Shown in pieces: positions 29,601 through 43,938 of a DNA stretch of 64,000 bases. Made by a program: the position numbers and the translations under genes. The stretch is from Tubiluchus corallicola (taxonomy: Eukaryota; Animalia; Priapulida). The stretch covers positions 560,282 through 624,281 of the forward strand of contig JAQGDQ010000016.1 in NCBI GenBank assembly GCA_030141605.1, given 5' to 3'. Positions within the stretch are counted from its first letter, which is position 1; every line of letters begins with the position of its first letter. The notes beneath the pieces are model-generated. The model had not been told where the DNA came from. It ran no database searches and saw nothing but the letters and a program-made list of their open reading frames with translations.

Positions 29601-32076
29601 GCGATGTTACAGATTATAGATTTCCGATTACAGGTTATAGAACTTTATTTTTGAAATTCATAAATTGTTCTGAATGAAAAAAAGGAATGAAAATGGGCAA
29701 GCGTGAGAACTGCATGCCACATTCACGAATTTGAACAAATTTATAACAAGGATGCCTAATTTTAGGATCAGGCATGTAAGACGGGTGTTGACCCTTCTAA
29801 TGTAATTTCACCAGGTAGCGGTGTGGTATACCGACCTAGAGCCAACTATAACTGCAAGAAAGAGTAAGTACACTACAAACCTTTAAACGAGTAACTGGTT
29901 TTACAGAATATTTTACATGTAATTGTGCTGTTTTATTGTTATCGTTAAAAAAACTTGTATTGCCTTGCCTGGTGACTTATTTACAGGTGTGCTAAAATAT
30001 TTGTTTATATATTTGTTCTTTCAGAAATTTTGTATTTATTCATCTTAGAAAATGAAAAACGATATTTGAATATTTAAATTTTGTTTCCTTGCAATTTAAA
30101 ATATGATGCCGATATCAGATTTTGCCTGATTGATAAAGACTGCTTGTATTTACTCACCTTTTTTGTCAGCAACACAGTCTTTGGTAAATATTCCTCATGC
30201 TTTTTCTTGAAAATTATCACTTTGGCAATTTGAATGTGAAGTTAGTTTACGCGATGAGTAGTAGCACATTCTAATTGACCTATTGGTACCTATCTTTGCT
30301 ACCTGTTATGTTGCTGTTAATTTATTTTGCGTGTTGTATGTTTAGAAATATTCTTAAGTTTTCTCTGGTCTTAATTATTGATTTGATTAATTATAACTAA
30401 CTAATCAATAATTTGAGACGGCTCTTGCAGTTCACGAGGTCAGAAATTCCTAAATTTCAGGAGGTTAATAAGTTTTTTCGTACAGCGAAACAGGACAGGT
30501 ACAATTTTCTCCGGAACGTTTAAGGACACCGACACAAGGCCGTTATATACTTGATTGCATAAACAACTATATCCCGTTAATTTTTCACGCAGAATCACAC
30601 TAACACTTCAATAACACCAATTAACGCATTGTCATTTTAAACAGTGGATTGCCAGGAGATGAGTCATGCATATTAAGCGCTTTACAAGATGGACCTGTTG
30701 TTGTTGCTATTAACGTAAACAGCAATTTCTACCAGTACAATGGCGGTAAGTGAGTAAATCATAGTGAATTAGAAAATAACTGGTTTAGAAGTTAACATCT
30801 ATGTAAAAACCAGCATTATATCAAAATAAATTTTGGTGCAAATTAAGTTTAGGAAAATGCGACGTTGAATGAGACTATTTGCTTTGGATTCTGCAGGAAT
30901 GTAGGCACATTATTGGTTTACTGATCATTGGTGGATAGATATGATAAACTTGTATTTTATAAAGCCACGTGTTGTTTGCAGGCCAAAGTTATTCAGGCTA
31001 TTTGCGTGTATAAGTAAGATAAAATCATTATTGTTAATTGCACGAAAAGGTGTTTAACTGCAAACCTGATCGTTAGCGATGTTCTGTGTAAAGTGTGAAA
31101 TGAATAGATTTGGAACTGATTTGGCAATAAGAGTCGTAGTTTTTTAAATGAAATTAAAAACAAGAGTAGGTCTATAAGTAATAAAAACATTAATTTTTTA
31201 CGAGTTTTCGACTCGATTACAAACCGCATAGTTGAAAAAATGAAAAGACGAAGCAAGCAATTTGACTTAGCCCTGCTAGCTAGTCATAGCAAGATTGTTG
31301 GTACACATAAACTTCGATAAAGAAGAGTAAATAATACTCTAAATATTATTTTTATTTACAATTACATGTAGGTAATTATTACATCGCATGTCGTCTTAAA
31401 TCACATAACACTGGAGAAAATGCTAAACAAATGTTTGATCAACTAAAATGATTAGCTCTACTTTGTAAATCTGTTTTCTCCTCTCGGTCACAAGACAGAA
31501 ATATCTAACCTCATATTGGTGAATCCATAAACATACGAATGAAAAAATCTCTCTTTTATAGCTCTTGTTTAATTGTTTAATTAAACCAAACTGCATGCAC
31601 GGAAATAGTGAAACTAATCTAGTAATTTTATGCTGTAACAATTAATTGTGCATAGGTGTTCTTGAAGATGGGTGGTCCGGTTCTTTCCATCACGCAGTTA
31701 CTGTAACTGGAGCTGGGGAGACCGCTGCCGATGGCAAATTTTGGATAGTGCAAAACAGGTAGACTTGTAATGTATAAAGTGTTGTTAATATCGGCTTGTT
31801 TAGCCATGGAAATTGTGCCTCTGTTTAAAAATCTTTTTAATCTCAAATGTTTGCTTTTTGTTTCCTATTATTTCACAAATTCTTGTATAGTTTTGGCACC
31901 ATTGAATCATCGATAACTGTTATAATATAAATGTCATTGTTTCAAACAAATGCCTATGTTGTAGTTGGGGCACTTCGTGGGGAGAAAACGGCTACATTAG
32001 AATGAGACGAGGATTATCAAACAACGGCTGTCTTGGCATCAACTCGTACGTGATGTGGCCTGAAGTACAAGCCTAG
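21189..32076 (+). CDS. Papain-family (C1A) cathepsin L-like cysteine protease, paralog 2 (9 coding exons)
   Basis: Exons 21189-21291, 22392-22540, 24477-24629, 25964-25996, 29407-29595, 29766-29863, 30645-30745, 31656-31758, 31965-32076; all GT-AG and in frame. Signal peptide, ERFNIN, GVNAFCD, QGSCGSCWAF, GCNGGWP, HHAV, QNSWG. Confidence 0.94.
26129..26220. repeat. (ATT)n microsatellite
   Basis: About 30 units. Confidence 0.97.
26541..26660. repeat. Imperfect (CA)n microsatellite
   Basis: Directly visible. Confidence 0.93.
28885..29180. repeat. Degenerate ~20-bp minisatellite (TGTGTCCAAA core); reverse-complement copies near 33690-33965
   Basis: Repeated (C/T)TGTGTCCAAA / TATGTGC(T/C)CAAA units; the 109-aa ORF over it is a by-product. 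Confidence 0.7.
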
Positions 32077-32478
32077 TGAGGGGTCCAAACAGCAAGGCGT
32101 TGGGGGAGCGTTGTAAGCTCCCCCAGTGATGTCCCAGAAACAGGCTAATTTCCTGTATTTTAAAGGTTTTTGGAGGTCTTTTTAGTAACAATGTATACGT
32201 ATGCATCATATCTGTAGATATGCTAAATTTTGAGATATGCTTAATTCACATTCTCTTCAAATTTTCTTGCTCCTTTGATACCTTATTACACAGTTTGAAA
32301 CTGTCACATTTGCCACATTTTAATTTCTTTTTTGGGAATCAAAAAATTGTGACAATTGAATGTTACATTTATTGCATTTTAACTGTTAAGTAGCTTTTTT
32401 ATGATCATTGATTGAAGACTAGATAGTTTTTTCCTTTGTGTTCAGACGAACTCTTGACCCCCCTTGGCTACCCCCTTG
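32070..32478. mobile_element. Probable repeat insertion at the stop codon and 3' UTR of paralog 2
   Basis: Contains the hairpin GGGGGAGCGTTGTAAGCTCCCCCAG and ends in CCCCCCTTGGCTACCCCCTTG. Similarity to the paralog 1 3' UTR (14471-14575) resumes only at about 32525. Confidence 0.55.
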
Positions 32479-35329
32479 AACTACATATATCACTATAAAG
32501 TTAATGGTTGTAACTGTTTGATTATTGTTTAAATGTAGAAATGGCTATTTTAGTATTATCTTGGTTTATTATTAACTTTCTGGCTTCTGCAGTTTATTTG
32601 GAACTGTTAATTGTCAATTATTGGTACATAGTTGCATTTGGGATTAAACAAGTTCGACTCTTTTGATCGAGGAACTCGCTGAATTCAAGATCGTGGATTG
32701 GAAATGACTAAAACAGCAGTTCAAAAACGCGACTCCGTTAAGTCGATGTGGAATTTATTCTAGTATATTTCTGTAATGTTTCGTGGCGGTTCATTGCAAA
32801 TTAGCAGAGCATTAGATTATTTTCGTAAACAATATTTTCGCCAAAAATCCATCTCTATCAGCCGACGCTAAATTTGATCTATTATACTTCTGTGAAATTT
32901 CTTGACGGTCTGGTGCGAACTTGCGGAGCCTTCGGTTTTTCTCGAAAATGATGTTGCCGCAATTTTGAATTCAATACAGCGGTGCGAAAATGTCAGTCAA
33001 TACTGAATACGTTCCAGTATATTCCTTTCTTCCACTATCAGTAGAAGGTTTTGGCTGTAGACTCAAGTTCTTGTTGTAGTTGTATTGTGCATTTTGGAAG
33101 GAGAAAGCTAAATAAATTGTCTTATTTATTTATTCTCGGGCTAAATTGAATAAATTGCATTAAAAATACATTCTTGTATAGTATTTATTATTTAGTGCAG
33201 TAGTATTCCAAGATCTCCATACACTTTGCCCAGGCGTGCGCCCTGGACTCAGCCACAGTCGACGCTGCAGCTCCATCAATGTGATCAATAACTGACTCTC
33301 TTGGCGTACACTCCATTGTCTTCCGAGACAGAAGGATGCCAACAACAAGTATTCCAAGAACCAAATCATTTCTCAAAAACTAGGAACGGAGTTAAATTAC
33401 TTTGTCATAGTAGTCCTTGGATGAAGGTTTGGAGGAACTTGTAAATGCGAAGATTCAAGCAAACGCTACATGCGTGCTATATGAATTTAAATTAACTAGA
33501 TCAATCTTTATAACAAAAGTGCTAAAGAATAAATTGTTAAAATGCAACGTTTTGGAACAACAACAACAAAAGAAAACTTGGGAAGATAAAATCGGGATAG
33601 ACTTGGGATGACTGGCTTTATGATGATGGGTATATGGTTACCTATTGAGGGTTTCATGCAGATGATGATGGTGTGCAGACACTTGGATACAGGGTGTTTC
33701 ACCACAAAACACATTGCCTTGGTAACCGATTGTTTGGATACATAAGTGAATTGAACATAATTTCTGTTTTTACACACAACCAGTTTGCGCGCAAGACATT
33801 TGACCAATATATTATAATACTATACATTACATTATTGTAATATAATTATATTAAGCACAAGATGTTTGAAAAACAGGCAATTTAAGAGACAAAGTATTTT
33901 TGAAACGCAGGTGATTTGATCGCACAGTCATTTGGGCACAGAGACACATAGATCATTTGGACATACGAATCTTCATTGGAAGCAGTTTCAACGCTGAATT
34001 GTAGCTCATCTTTTGGTTAATCTAAGCCACAGAGAATGACAAAATCATTCCCATCCATCACGAGCAACGACAAAAGCTGTTGACAAGCCTATGTATAATT
34101 GTAGCGCGCAGAATAAATTCACCGAAGTTTACACTACAATAATATCAGAAGCAAGTAGCCACAAAGTAGAAATTTGGCAGTGTGATATTACGGTACATCA
34201 GCTTTTCGCCACGAAAATTACAAATTTCTGGCTTAAAGGGTTTTTAAGTTATGGCAAAACTTTTACATGTCAAACAATTAAATTGTGGAAGAATGTTAGC
34301 TTAATCATCAATTGAAAAACAGCCACGTTGACATATACAGCCCTCAATACACACCGCAGCAAAACAATAAAGATCCGTTATTTCGCATTTTTACTGCATA
34401 TGTTTCCTGACAGAAACAATATTTGCCAACATGGCTATCTGCGTTTAATTATTTGAACAAGAAAGCACTGAAGTTATTACTTATAGCAACAAAACTTGTA
34501 AAAGTACAGGAGTTGAGCTAACTGCTGCGCTCATATTTAGGCTATGATCGACTAGTGATCAAAAGAGTAGCCATACACATTGGAAAGCTATTGAACAATG
34601 TGCCTAAAAATATAAACCACAATAGGCCTACTCTATTTTTGCTGAGAAAGCCGCCTTAGAGCGAACTATCCAGAACATCCAGCTGGGAAGCTGAGTAAAA
34701 TGCGAGAGAGTTGCTTTATATTTGCCGGTTGGAAGAAATAGCTCGATGGTATGATGTATGCCGACCACCGTAAGTAGCGACGAAATTTCTGGGTGCTCCC
34801 GCAACGTATTGCGTAAACATGTGTTTCCCCGTAAACAATTGTGTACTAATGGTACTAAAAATGTAAAAATACCTGTCAAACAATGTGCTAATGAAAATGT
34901 ACTCGCACATGTAAATCTTTTCTCCCTGTTCACGAAATGCCCCAATCACTTCTTCGTTGAAGAATTGCACTTTCCTGTCTCAGTTTAATGTGAGTTTCTC
35001 CTTAAGACAGTTTCGGTGAATTTTCAGAAATATTGTCAATGATGCTATATGAGTAGAGTATACGTATTTTAAATATTCACCTGACAGTACAAAAAGTTGT
35101 AACGGCAACCGTTACTAATAACTTCTCAGATTAGACATACTACTGCCAAACAGATTGCTACAGTAAATCTCAAAATTGGTGACTATACCTATGTTTTTCA
35201 AGTTAAAACAGTGAAGTGAAATAGCTATCAATCAACAATGAAAACACGACTGTTATTGCAAAATGTAAAAGCTAATTTTCTGACCTTAAAATCAACTCGG
35301 ATGTATTCTCTGACGAGCCTCCGTTATTT

Positions 35330-35440
35330 GTTTTAGCATGTGCCTGCGGTGCTCAGTTATATAAAGGTGTTGCTTTTCTATTTTATGTACACATGTTTAA
35401 GTAACTCGCCACTGCAACCGGAACATGCTAAACAGGTAGA
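35330..35440 (+). promoter_or_regulatory. Candidate core promoter and non-coding first exon of cathepsin gene 3
   Basis: TATATAAAG at about 35359-35367 followed ~70 nt later by AAACAG|GTAGA, the same layout as paralogs 1 and 2 but with little sequence identity. Confidence 0.4.
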
Positions 35441-37644
35441 CATGTGTTTGTTGGAATGACAAATGATTATTACTCATTATGAGCTCTTTATTATGTAATT
35501 CATGCTAAAAATTTGTTCAGTCATTTCCTCGAAACTTGACCACTATTATAGTCTTCATCTTAATAGTAAAATAAACTTGTTTTCATGCAGCTTATTAGGT
35601 TACCCTTTGAAATGAGCGTGTAGCCTTGGGCTATTAAATCTATTATAACTTGGTTTTTTAACGTGTGGTTTTAAGGTGAAGGGCGTGCCTATTAAGTGAA
35701 TGGTTCGTATTTAATAACCGCAGTCAAGCAGTTAAATATGCTTGACCCAATTACCCATTCACAATAATTACTGCATTTAATCATTGTATGTATTAAATAT
35801 TATACTACATATTAGATGAAGGTTATTTTTGTAGTAGTGTAGTAAATGCAGGTGGTCTTTTTATTTCTACTATGGAATATTTAATGTTTACAAATGCACA
35901 TACGTGTTCATGCAATAATATTGTTGTTTGACTGGTTTTAGTGGTCATAGCCAGCCTATAACTTTTAATCACTTGAATAGTGCCTTGTGGAGTAATGTTC
36001 TTTGTATGTAATGAAAATCGGCATAAAATAAACTTACTTGTTGCTGAAACGTACACTGGTACACTGGTTGACAGCCCGACAGTACTGTCGGGTTGCCCTT
36101 GACTTGCAGGTTGACTTGACACAATAAAGAAAAAACATGACATTTCAGTTCACCACTTTTCTTTTCCTGTCCTTACTGTGGTATTACAGCCTCATTGTGA
36201 ATTCCGGACTTTTTACTGTACCTAGGATAATCAATCCACAGGTCTGCAGCCGTAGCTAATCCGAAACGTTTGGCAATACAATATGTGCTACAAGAAGCAG
36301 AAGACAATGATGAAGTTGATAGTGGTACAGTAAAGAAGATATCGTTGGGTTCACCACCGATATGGGTGACACCACGACACTCACTGCAGCTGACATGAAA
36401 ACTTACCTGTGCTGTTATAAACTGTCATAACAAATCTGTTATGAATTAGTATGTGATGTGAGTAGATGTAGAATAAACATAGCAGTGATACATACCAACT
36501 CATTCTGCTATATGGAAATCGTTATTTAAGAACTTTTGGTCTGTATTACACATTTAGTAACAGTTGTGAGAAAACACGCCCTCTGCATTTTTTCTCCAGT
36601 CACTGAGTTGTCACTCTTGACCAACTAGAAAGGTTATGCTGATCATACTCGTTTTACAGTTTGTCTGGGTTTTTAGGCTTGCATTGCGAAGTGAGCTTAC
36701 ATTTTGTAATGTTGTCTTCAGTTAACCCAAAATAGATTGTCAGATGACCAGAAATGCGCAGAAAGTACTGAAAGTACAGTGCATAGGTTGTCATTGCTTT
36801 GTTTTAGACTTATCTTTTGTATGTTTCATTTTTTTAATTTCCCTCTGGGAATATGTCCTTAATGTATTTTTTTTATTTTTGCTATAAACATGGTAGGCCT
36901 ACCTAATATAATATAATAAAAATATAACAATGCGTACACAAATGAAACAATAATAATATAATTTATTAATGTTAAATATTAAGCGTTCCGGGGCTTAACT
37001 GCACCTAATTCTACATTCAGTCGAACATAAATTGTGTGCGTTCTGACTTTAATACGTTGTCTGCAAAACATTAAAATGCTCCACGTATTTTCTCACTTTC
37101 TCTCAAATTCTCACTTGTTTTGAGACGACTTAGCAAATCTCGGACCATTTTCCGTCAAATTAATGAATGTTGGTTGCTGCTACGTCCACAAACATACACT
37201 TCCATGAAATCAATTATGTATAATTGCCTATTGTTATTTCCTATTAGTTTCAAACAATCGTTTGGAGTTTCAAAACTTTTTAAACTGCGTCCTGTATTGT
37301 GACAATTACAATCACCTTTAGGTCTGTGTAGTTTTTTTTCCAAAGTTTCTAAAAAAATAGATTCCACATTGTTTATATCGTAGAAACACAATATGCTGTT
37401 CTCACTAAATGCTGTTTTTTGTAAGTTACAGTTGCGTTCAAATCAGTCGCTTTTCTGCAAGGTAAGGAAAATATTCTAACAGTTTTAGTGTGAAACTATT
37501 ACCTTAACAAAAATCTAATCGATCTCATTATTTCAACGTATGTTTATTTTGATTTTTTGTTGACGTCATATTCATCAGTTCTTCTATTATCATGCATTTA
37601 TGCAGATTTATTACTAAGGAATGTTGTTTTGATGATCAATTTTT

Positions 37645-38440
37645 TTTCGTCAAACTAGTTTGTCAGTTTTAGCTTGACAAACTAGTTTGATCGTGCAAAC
37701 CGCGAAACTGACAAACTTTTAGTGTGAGAAAAAAGTTTGATGGTATCAAGCCGTCTTGAATTCATCGAAAAAGAACTAACAAACTCAGACTCAACAGCCA
37801 ATAGCGTCGCGCGCTCATTACATCACATACTGATCGTTCATTTTCGCCTAGAGGCGAGGGATTTTGTCATCATTAATTCAGGAAGTGGTATAAAGATATA
37901 CGACGGTCAGTATTGTTGGATGTTGGCTGATACTGGGAGAGTAGAAACAGTGGTAATACAAGGGAGATTTTGATTTTGCTTACAAAAAATTTTGATATTG
38001 GTGTACCAATCAATTAAACAATTTCCTACAGTACTTTAGGTGTGTTACAGGCGCTAGTTGTTTAAATTGAACTTCCAGGTAATTAGTAGTCTAACAATGG
38101 AGGCGTGACCAACGCATATTCTGTAATTCAAAAAGTCACGCAACAAATCTTTGAAAATCAGGGTGTAACTGTTTCTTTCAATTCTTTGCTGTAGCTATGT
38201 TTTCTTCCAAACTTTTGTAGCTCTTTCTTTTCTAATTTGTCCTTTTTAATCATACGAGCTATCCCAATGGACAACAGAAACCGTCTGCACATTGGCGTGA
38301 TAATTTAAATAACATCCTCGCTGAATAGCTACTTCCAAAGTTTGGCGGAGTAAAGTTTATGTCGTCTAAACCTTTAGGGTGACAGTTTTTGTTTGTCAGT
38401 TTTAGTTTGACAGTTTGAAAACTGATCGTGTAAACGGATC
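37645..38440 (-). mobile_element. Decayed PIF/Harbinger-like DNA transposon remnant
   Basis: Related end blocks TTTGTCAGTTTTAG(C/T)TTGACA...TGATCGTG(C/T)AAAC at about 37660-37702 and 38392-38437. Minus-strand fragments IARMIKKD, NMR and VRLLITWKF resemble the Harbinger transposase I.K.DT.MR...ERL.ITLRFL motif. Confidence 0.45.
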
Positions 38441-38998
38441 GTCAGATTAGGGTGTGGATCCATTCCTGATCACAATGGGCTGTGTAGTTTGGTGATGAAA
38501 CATTCAAACAACAAGTGCATAAAGTGGTTCAAATTCAGACATAATTTCCACATTCCAACACTTTCTTAAGGTCTGATTTTCAAAATTTTGTGAGGTTAAG
38601 TTTTAATGAAGTTTAAGATTTCAGACTTGGGCCGCTAGCTACCATAAAAAAATCATATAAAATGTAGCATAATTTACAGTCTTTCATTCACATGAGAGAA
38701 TATACATTGAATACACATTGCTCCTAAGAAATCCTTCTTCTCTCCTCTTATTTCTTTTCAGATTTGTAGTTTCCATCGACAGTAGCTGAAAGGTCCAACT
38801 GCACAACAATTTATGAAGTTGTCACACCCCCGGCTCCAAAAAACCCCGAGTTTAACTTTGTATCGTTATTATATTATTATTATTATTATTATTCTTGTCA
38901 AAGATTATACATGTATCCTATGTTTTCATACCACAAAACAAGCGACCGCTTTTTTGTTTTTCCAATCCCTTAAGGCAAGTAAAAAGTTCTAAGCAGCT

Positions 38999-41649
38999 AT
39001 GGAAAATGGAGAAGTAGAAAGTTCTAAGCAACTATGGAAGATGGAGAAACGGACAGTAATATTGTTGGTAGTCAGTGCAGTTATGGTGTTAACTGCGTTA
39101 TTTGTCGTCGTGCTTGTGGCAGTAACAACGAGTAATGACAGAGCTGTCACTCAACCAGAAGAATACTTTTCACCTTCCACGGTTTCATCAAACGTTACTG
39201 GGAAAATGGCATCTCGGGAACTTATAGTTATTCCAACTTGGGAAGTGTACAAAAGAAAATACGGTACAAACATTGAGGAAATTTTTTCTTTCCATTTTTA
39301 TTGATTATGTGTTTACGACAAAGCTGGTATGCTGCTCGGATAATCCTGTATAAATGTATTTGAACGTTTCGAGTAATAGCTCATTAGGTTTAAACTTTTT
39401 TCATCTGTAATAAATATATATAACCAAATTGCGTTTTATTACATACCTATGTAAAAATTCTCAAGCCTGATGACGAGTTACATGATATGCTGTAAGCTAA
39501 TTTATATGGGATTACGTGTATATATTTGCAATATATATATATATAATAATTGTTGTCATTATAGTCGTCATTGACCGCCGCCTTGAGTTTTGGTTTGACA
39601 TCTCTCCTGACCAGAGCCGGATTATCCTATAAGGCTATAACAGGCTGCAGCCTACAGTCCCTTAAGCTTGGGGCCCTCAGTCTTTGGTAACATTTGGTAA
39701 AAAGCTGTTTCTTTTTCATTACTAAAATATGTCTTAAAACATATATATAAAAAATGAAAGATTGCTGTTTTAGTTCATTTAAAGAATTTCCAATAACTTT
39801 ACTTCAATCTATGTAAATGTCGTTAAAATACATTACTAGTAAAAATATTCAAGACGGGTGATGCGGGCGAGTTAGAGGTGGCCCGACTGAAGGGATCCCA
39901 AAATTTCATTAGCGTAGGGGCCCAAAAGGTTATAATTCGGCCCTGCTACTGATGCTTAAAATTTGCATCTGTCTGTATCATGAACCTCTGGTTCTCTCTG
40001 TCTATTTTATAAATTATTGAATTATGAATTCGTGGGCTTTTTATAGGAAAACAGTACGATTATAAAGAAGAAAAAACCAGAAAGGCTATATATGAACGTA
40101 ATGTAGCTGAGATACGTCAGCATAATTCACGGTTTGAAAAAGGTTCTGTGTCTTATGGACGCACCGTCGGTGAATCAACTGATATGGTAAGTGGTCAGAA
40201 AAAGTAAAATTTCTCACATTTCAAAACCTCGGAAATAAAGAACTTTCCCAGTTTCAATTGTTAGACCCTATCGTCATTTTTATAATTGTTAAAAAAAATT
40301 AAAAATTGTTAAAAATCGTTATTTTTAATGGTTAAAAATGCGGCTGCAAAATAAATACCAAAACCAGGTAATATTAATTTTTGTAAGGTAAAGGCGTATT
40401 CAGATACACAGTGCTTTATATATGTGCCTGTATTTGAGGCTGCAAAAATAATTTAATTTTGACCTTATCATATCTGTCCGCATTATGTAAATATATTATT
40501 GTAAATATATAAATACGGTTGTGTGCTATATAACAATACACCTATTATGCATTTATCAAAAAGTAGCTATTGATAACAATCATTAAGTTCAATAAATAGT
40601 TAATGTTTGTAAATTTAAAACCATATATCTTAAAAAGCAGCCGTTCCTATAAGCAAAACTCAACTACTGTCATTTTAAATTACAAAAAAACGATGTGGCC
40701 AAAAATACCTCATAAATTTGTAGCAATGTGAGCCATAGCAAGCGAAAAGAAATTAAAGAAGTGAACACAAATCCTCTTTGAAGCGGTAAAAAAATTATAT
40801 TATTATTTATAATATATGTGTCTTATATTATTTGAAAGGAAGTGTGTACGCAAGAAAAGGAATAATGTTTCAGGGAGAGTGATTGAAGAGAGAACTTCAA
40901 ATAAAAGTTCTAAATGAAAACAATAAACTTCTTTGTTTTTTAACTGGATAGGAAAGTGTCGCGTCTTGACTTTATCAAGCTAATTTTTCAGGAACAACTC
41001 GATCACTCAGCAGAAAGAAAGGGAGTTATAGTTCCACTAAACGTTAGTGAAATGGACAGCAAATCTGAGGACATTTCATTGCGCAGGAGAAAACTCTTTA
41101 AAAAGGCAATCAACTGGGCAAAAGAAAATCCTCACTGCATGCTACCAGTTCGTGATCAGGGGGTAAGGAAACGTAAGGAACTGCTAGTATCTGCATTTTC
41201 TGAACTATACAATATCTTATGAACATTTATATTCCTGTATTAGGAAAATATTTAACACTTCTGACAAGTTAAAATGCAAGACAGAATTTTGCAGTATAAA
41301 AGTGACATAAAACTTTAATTACATGGCTCGTCTATACCGCCACGGTATAACAGTTAAAACCATTTTTTGCTATCAACTAAAATTTGTTTTGTGTGCCCAG
41401 CGCAGTTAATTACGCATAACATTAATTCTGGCGCGCCATTGGTTAAAAGCGTCGTCATCTACTGCATTTAGTTGTTTTACAAGTGTATCCAACTTACTGC
41501 AGTTAAAACGTAACAGTTTTTACTTTTAGTATTTTTACTTTCTGTATACACAGTGTTCAACATTTTATTTCTGATTCTTAACATTTGCATCATTTTACAT
41601 TGTATATGTATCCTTTGTTATTATTGATGTTCTTATTCTTTATTATTAC

Positions 41650-41728
<79 letters not shown>

Positions 41729-41782
41729 AATATTATTATTATTATTATCATCATCATAATGATCATGATCATGATCATCATG

Positions 41783-41823
<41 letters not shown>

Positions 41824-41847
41824 TAGTATTATTATTATTATTATTAC

Positions 41848-41884
<37 letters not shown>

Positions 41885-43896
41885 TCACCTGCAAACAATG
41901 TATAAGTTCAGTATTGTAACTACTGCAACTTTCGTGTGTACTTCTATGAATTTTTTAAGTTCAAAATAAAAACACATTTTCTTACTGCTTGTTTACTTGC
42001 TTGCTTACCTAACTCAAGGCTAATTTTTTCGTTTTTAGAAATGTAACAGTTGCTGGGCAATAACAGCGGTAAGTGACCTTTACTTGTAGTAGCTTTTGAC
42101 GTTTATTATCTACATACATATTTCAAGTGCGTTGTTTTAACAAATTAAGTGTCGCAATAGTTTTCATTGGATTTTTTTTTTAATATATGTGTATTTAATT
42201 ACTTACACAATTAATACTAATATAAAATGAATGACCATAATCCTACTGAACTATTCCTACATGAATTTAAAATGATTGACAGCGTAATCACGCGCATACA
42301 TATACATGTGTATAGTTCAGGCTGTGACTTTGTCTTAAATGAAAAACTTTGAGACTCAATTCAGAGAAATAAATTCAAGAAAAACATAAAATTTGTTAAT
42401 ATTAATATTAATATTAAGTTTAACAAAAAACACTGGCCACTCAAAGATACTGTACACACATCCGAAAACCTAGTAATTGGTATCACCGAAACTTGTTTGA
42501 GCAAAAAAATATCAAGCAAATCTTTACAATTACCTAAGCACATTTTAATGCGAAAAGACAGATGCAATTCGAAAAAAGAAGGAGCGGTAGTTATTTACAT
42601 CCCAGCACATTTCAAATCAACTGAAACAAAAGGCAAGCAACTTGAACGAGCTGTTTTCGAAAACAAGCGTATCCTTATAATGGGAGATTTTAACATTGAC
42701 ATTAATAATACCAAAAATCCTGAATGCAAACAATACATTGAAGTATTAAATAAATAAATTCTATCTAAATGTAGTAAAAGACAAATCGACAAGAATATCT
42801 AAAACATCATCTACATTAATTGACCACTTCATCTCAGATGATAATACAAAATTTGTGTCCCACGACAGCTGCCCTTGTGATTATTCTGATCATAATTTTG
42901 TTATTATAGCGGATCAAAAATCCCCATCATCGAATTTTGACTCAAATCCATCATACAAACTTATGAGAGACTACAAACAAATTCAATAAGACATATTTTC
43001 TTGCCAATTTAGTTAAAATGAGTTGGAAAGAAATCTATTACACTACTAATGTTGATGCCCAAGTTGAACTTATTACAAATAATATTGAATACTGTCTTAA
43101 TTTGCACGCCCCCTATAAACGTATAAAAACTTTTGCTCAACCCGAACGTAAGCGAAATACTAAAAGTTTATGGACTACTCAAGAACTGGATTCGCTAAGA
43201 ACAACGAAACAATACTTAAATAAATTGTGGACAACTACCAAATCTAAACATAATTATAATAATTATAAAAAAGCGAGAAATTCATTTAATAATCTAAACA
43301 AATCTTTAAAAAACAAATATATACAGCAACAATGTAATAATGCAATCACTTCTAAAAATAAATGGAAAATAATTAAAAATGTCATCAACAGATATAAAAA
43401 CAAGCAAACCCATATCACCGAACTTATAATTGACAACAAAGTAATAAAGAAAACTAAAGATATTGCAAATGCCCTTAATGCCACTTTCATTAATTTGGGA
43501 AATTTCTGCTGGCCAGCAATTCATAACAGTAACTACAGTAACATAATTTCGAAATTAAAAATAAAATTAAATACTAACACAACTTTATCGTTTTCCACCA
43601 TTACCACAAATCAAAATTAAAAATACATACATTAAATCGTTTTGAAAACCCTACATATGTTAATGATAATATATATTCATCCGCAATTTTTTTACCCACG
43701 TCCATGTTAAATTGTACGTATATATTGTATATAGTCTATATTTTAATTTTTGTGTAACACTGTAGTATATATTTTGTTTTAAATTTTTGGCACAGTAATT
43801 TTTAGTTTGCCCTGGACGCATTTAATTTTCTCATGCTGCGATGTTTTTTTATGCTTTTATGCTTATGAATATCGATTTTTTATGGCAAATAAAGAT

Positions 43897-43938
<42 letters not shown>

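Noticed and set aside
33160-33435. Minus-strand ORFs with faint resemblance to the BEL/Pao integrase C-terminus (PNLHPR, NDLVL, RQWS, DG)
   Set aside because: Needs several frameshifts; similarity is too weak to call by eye.
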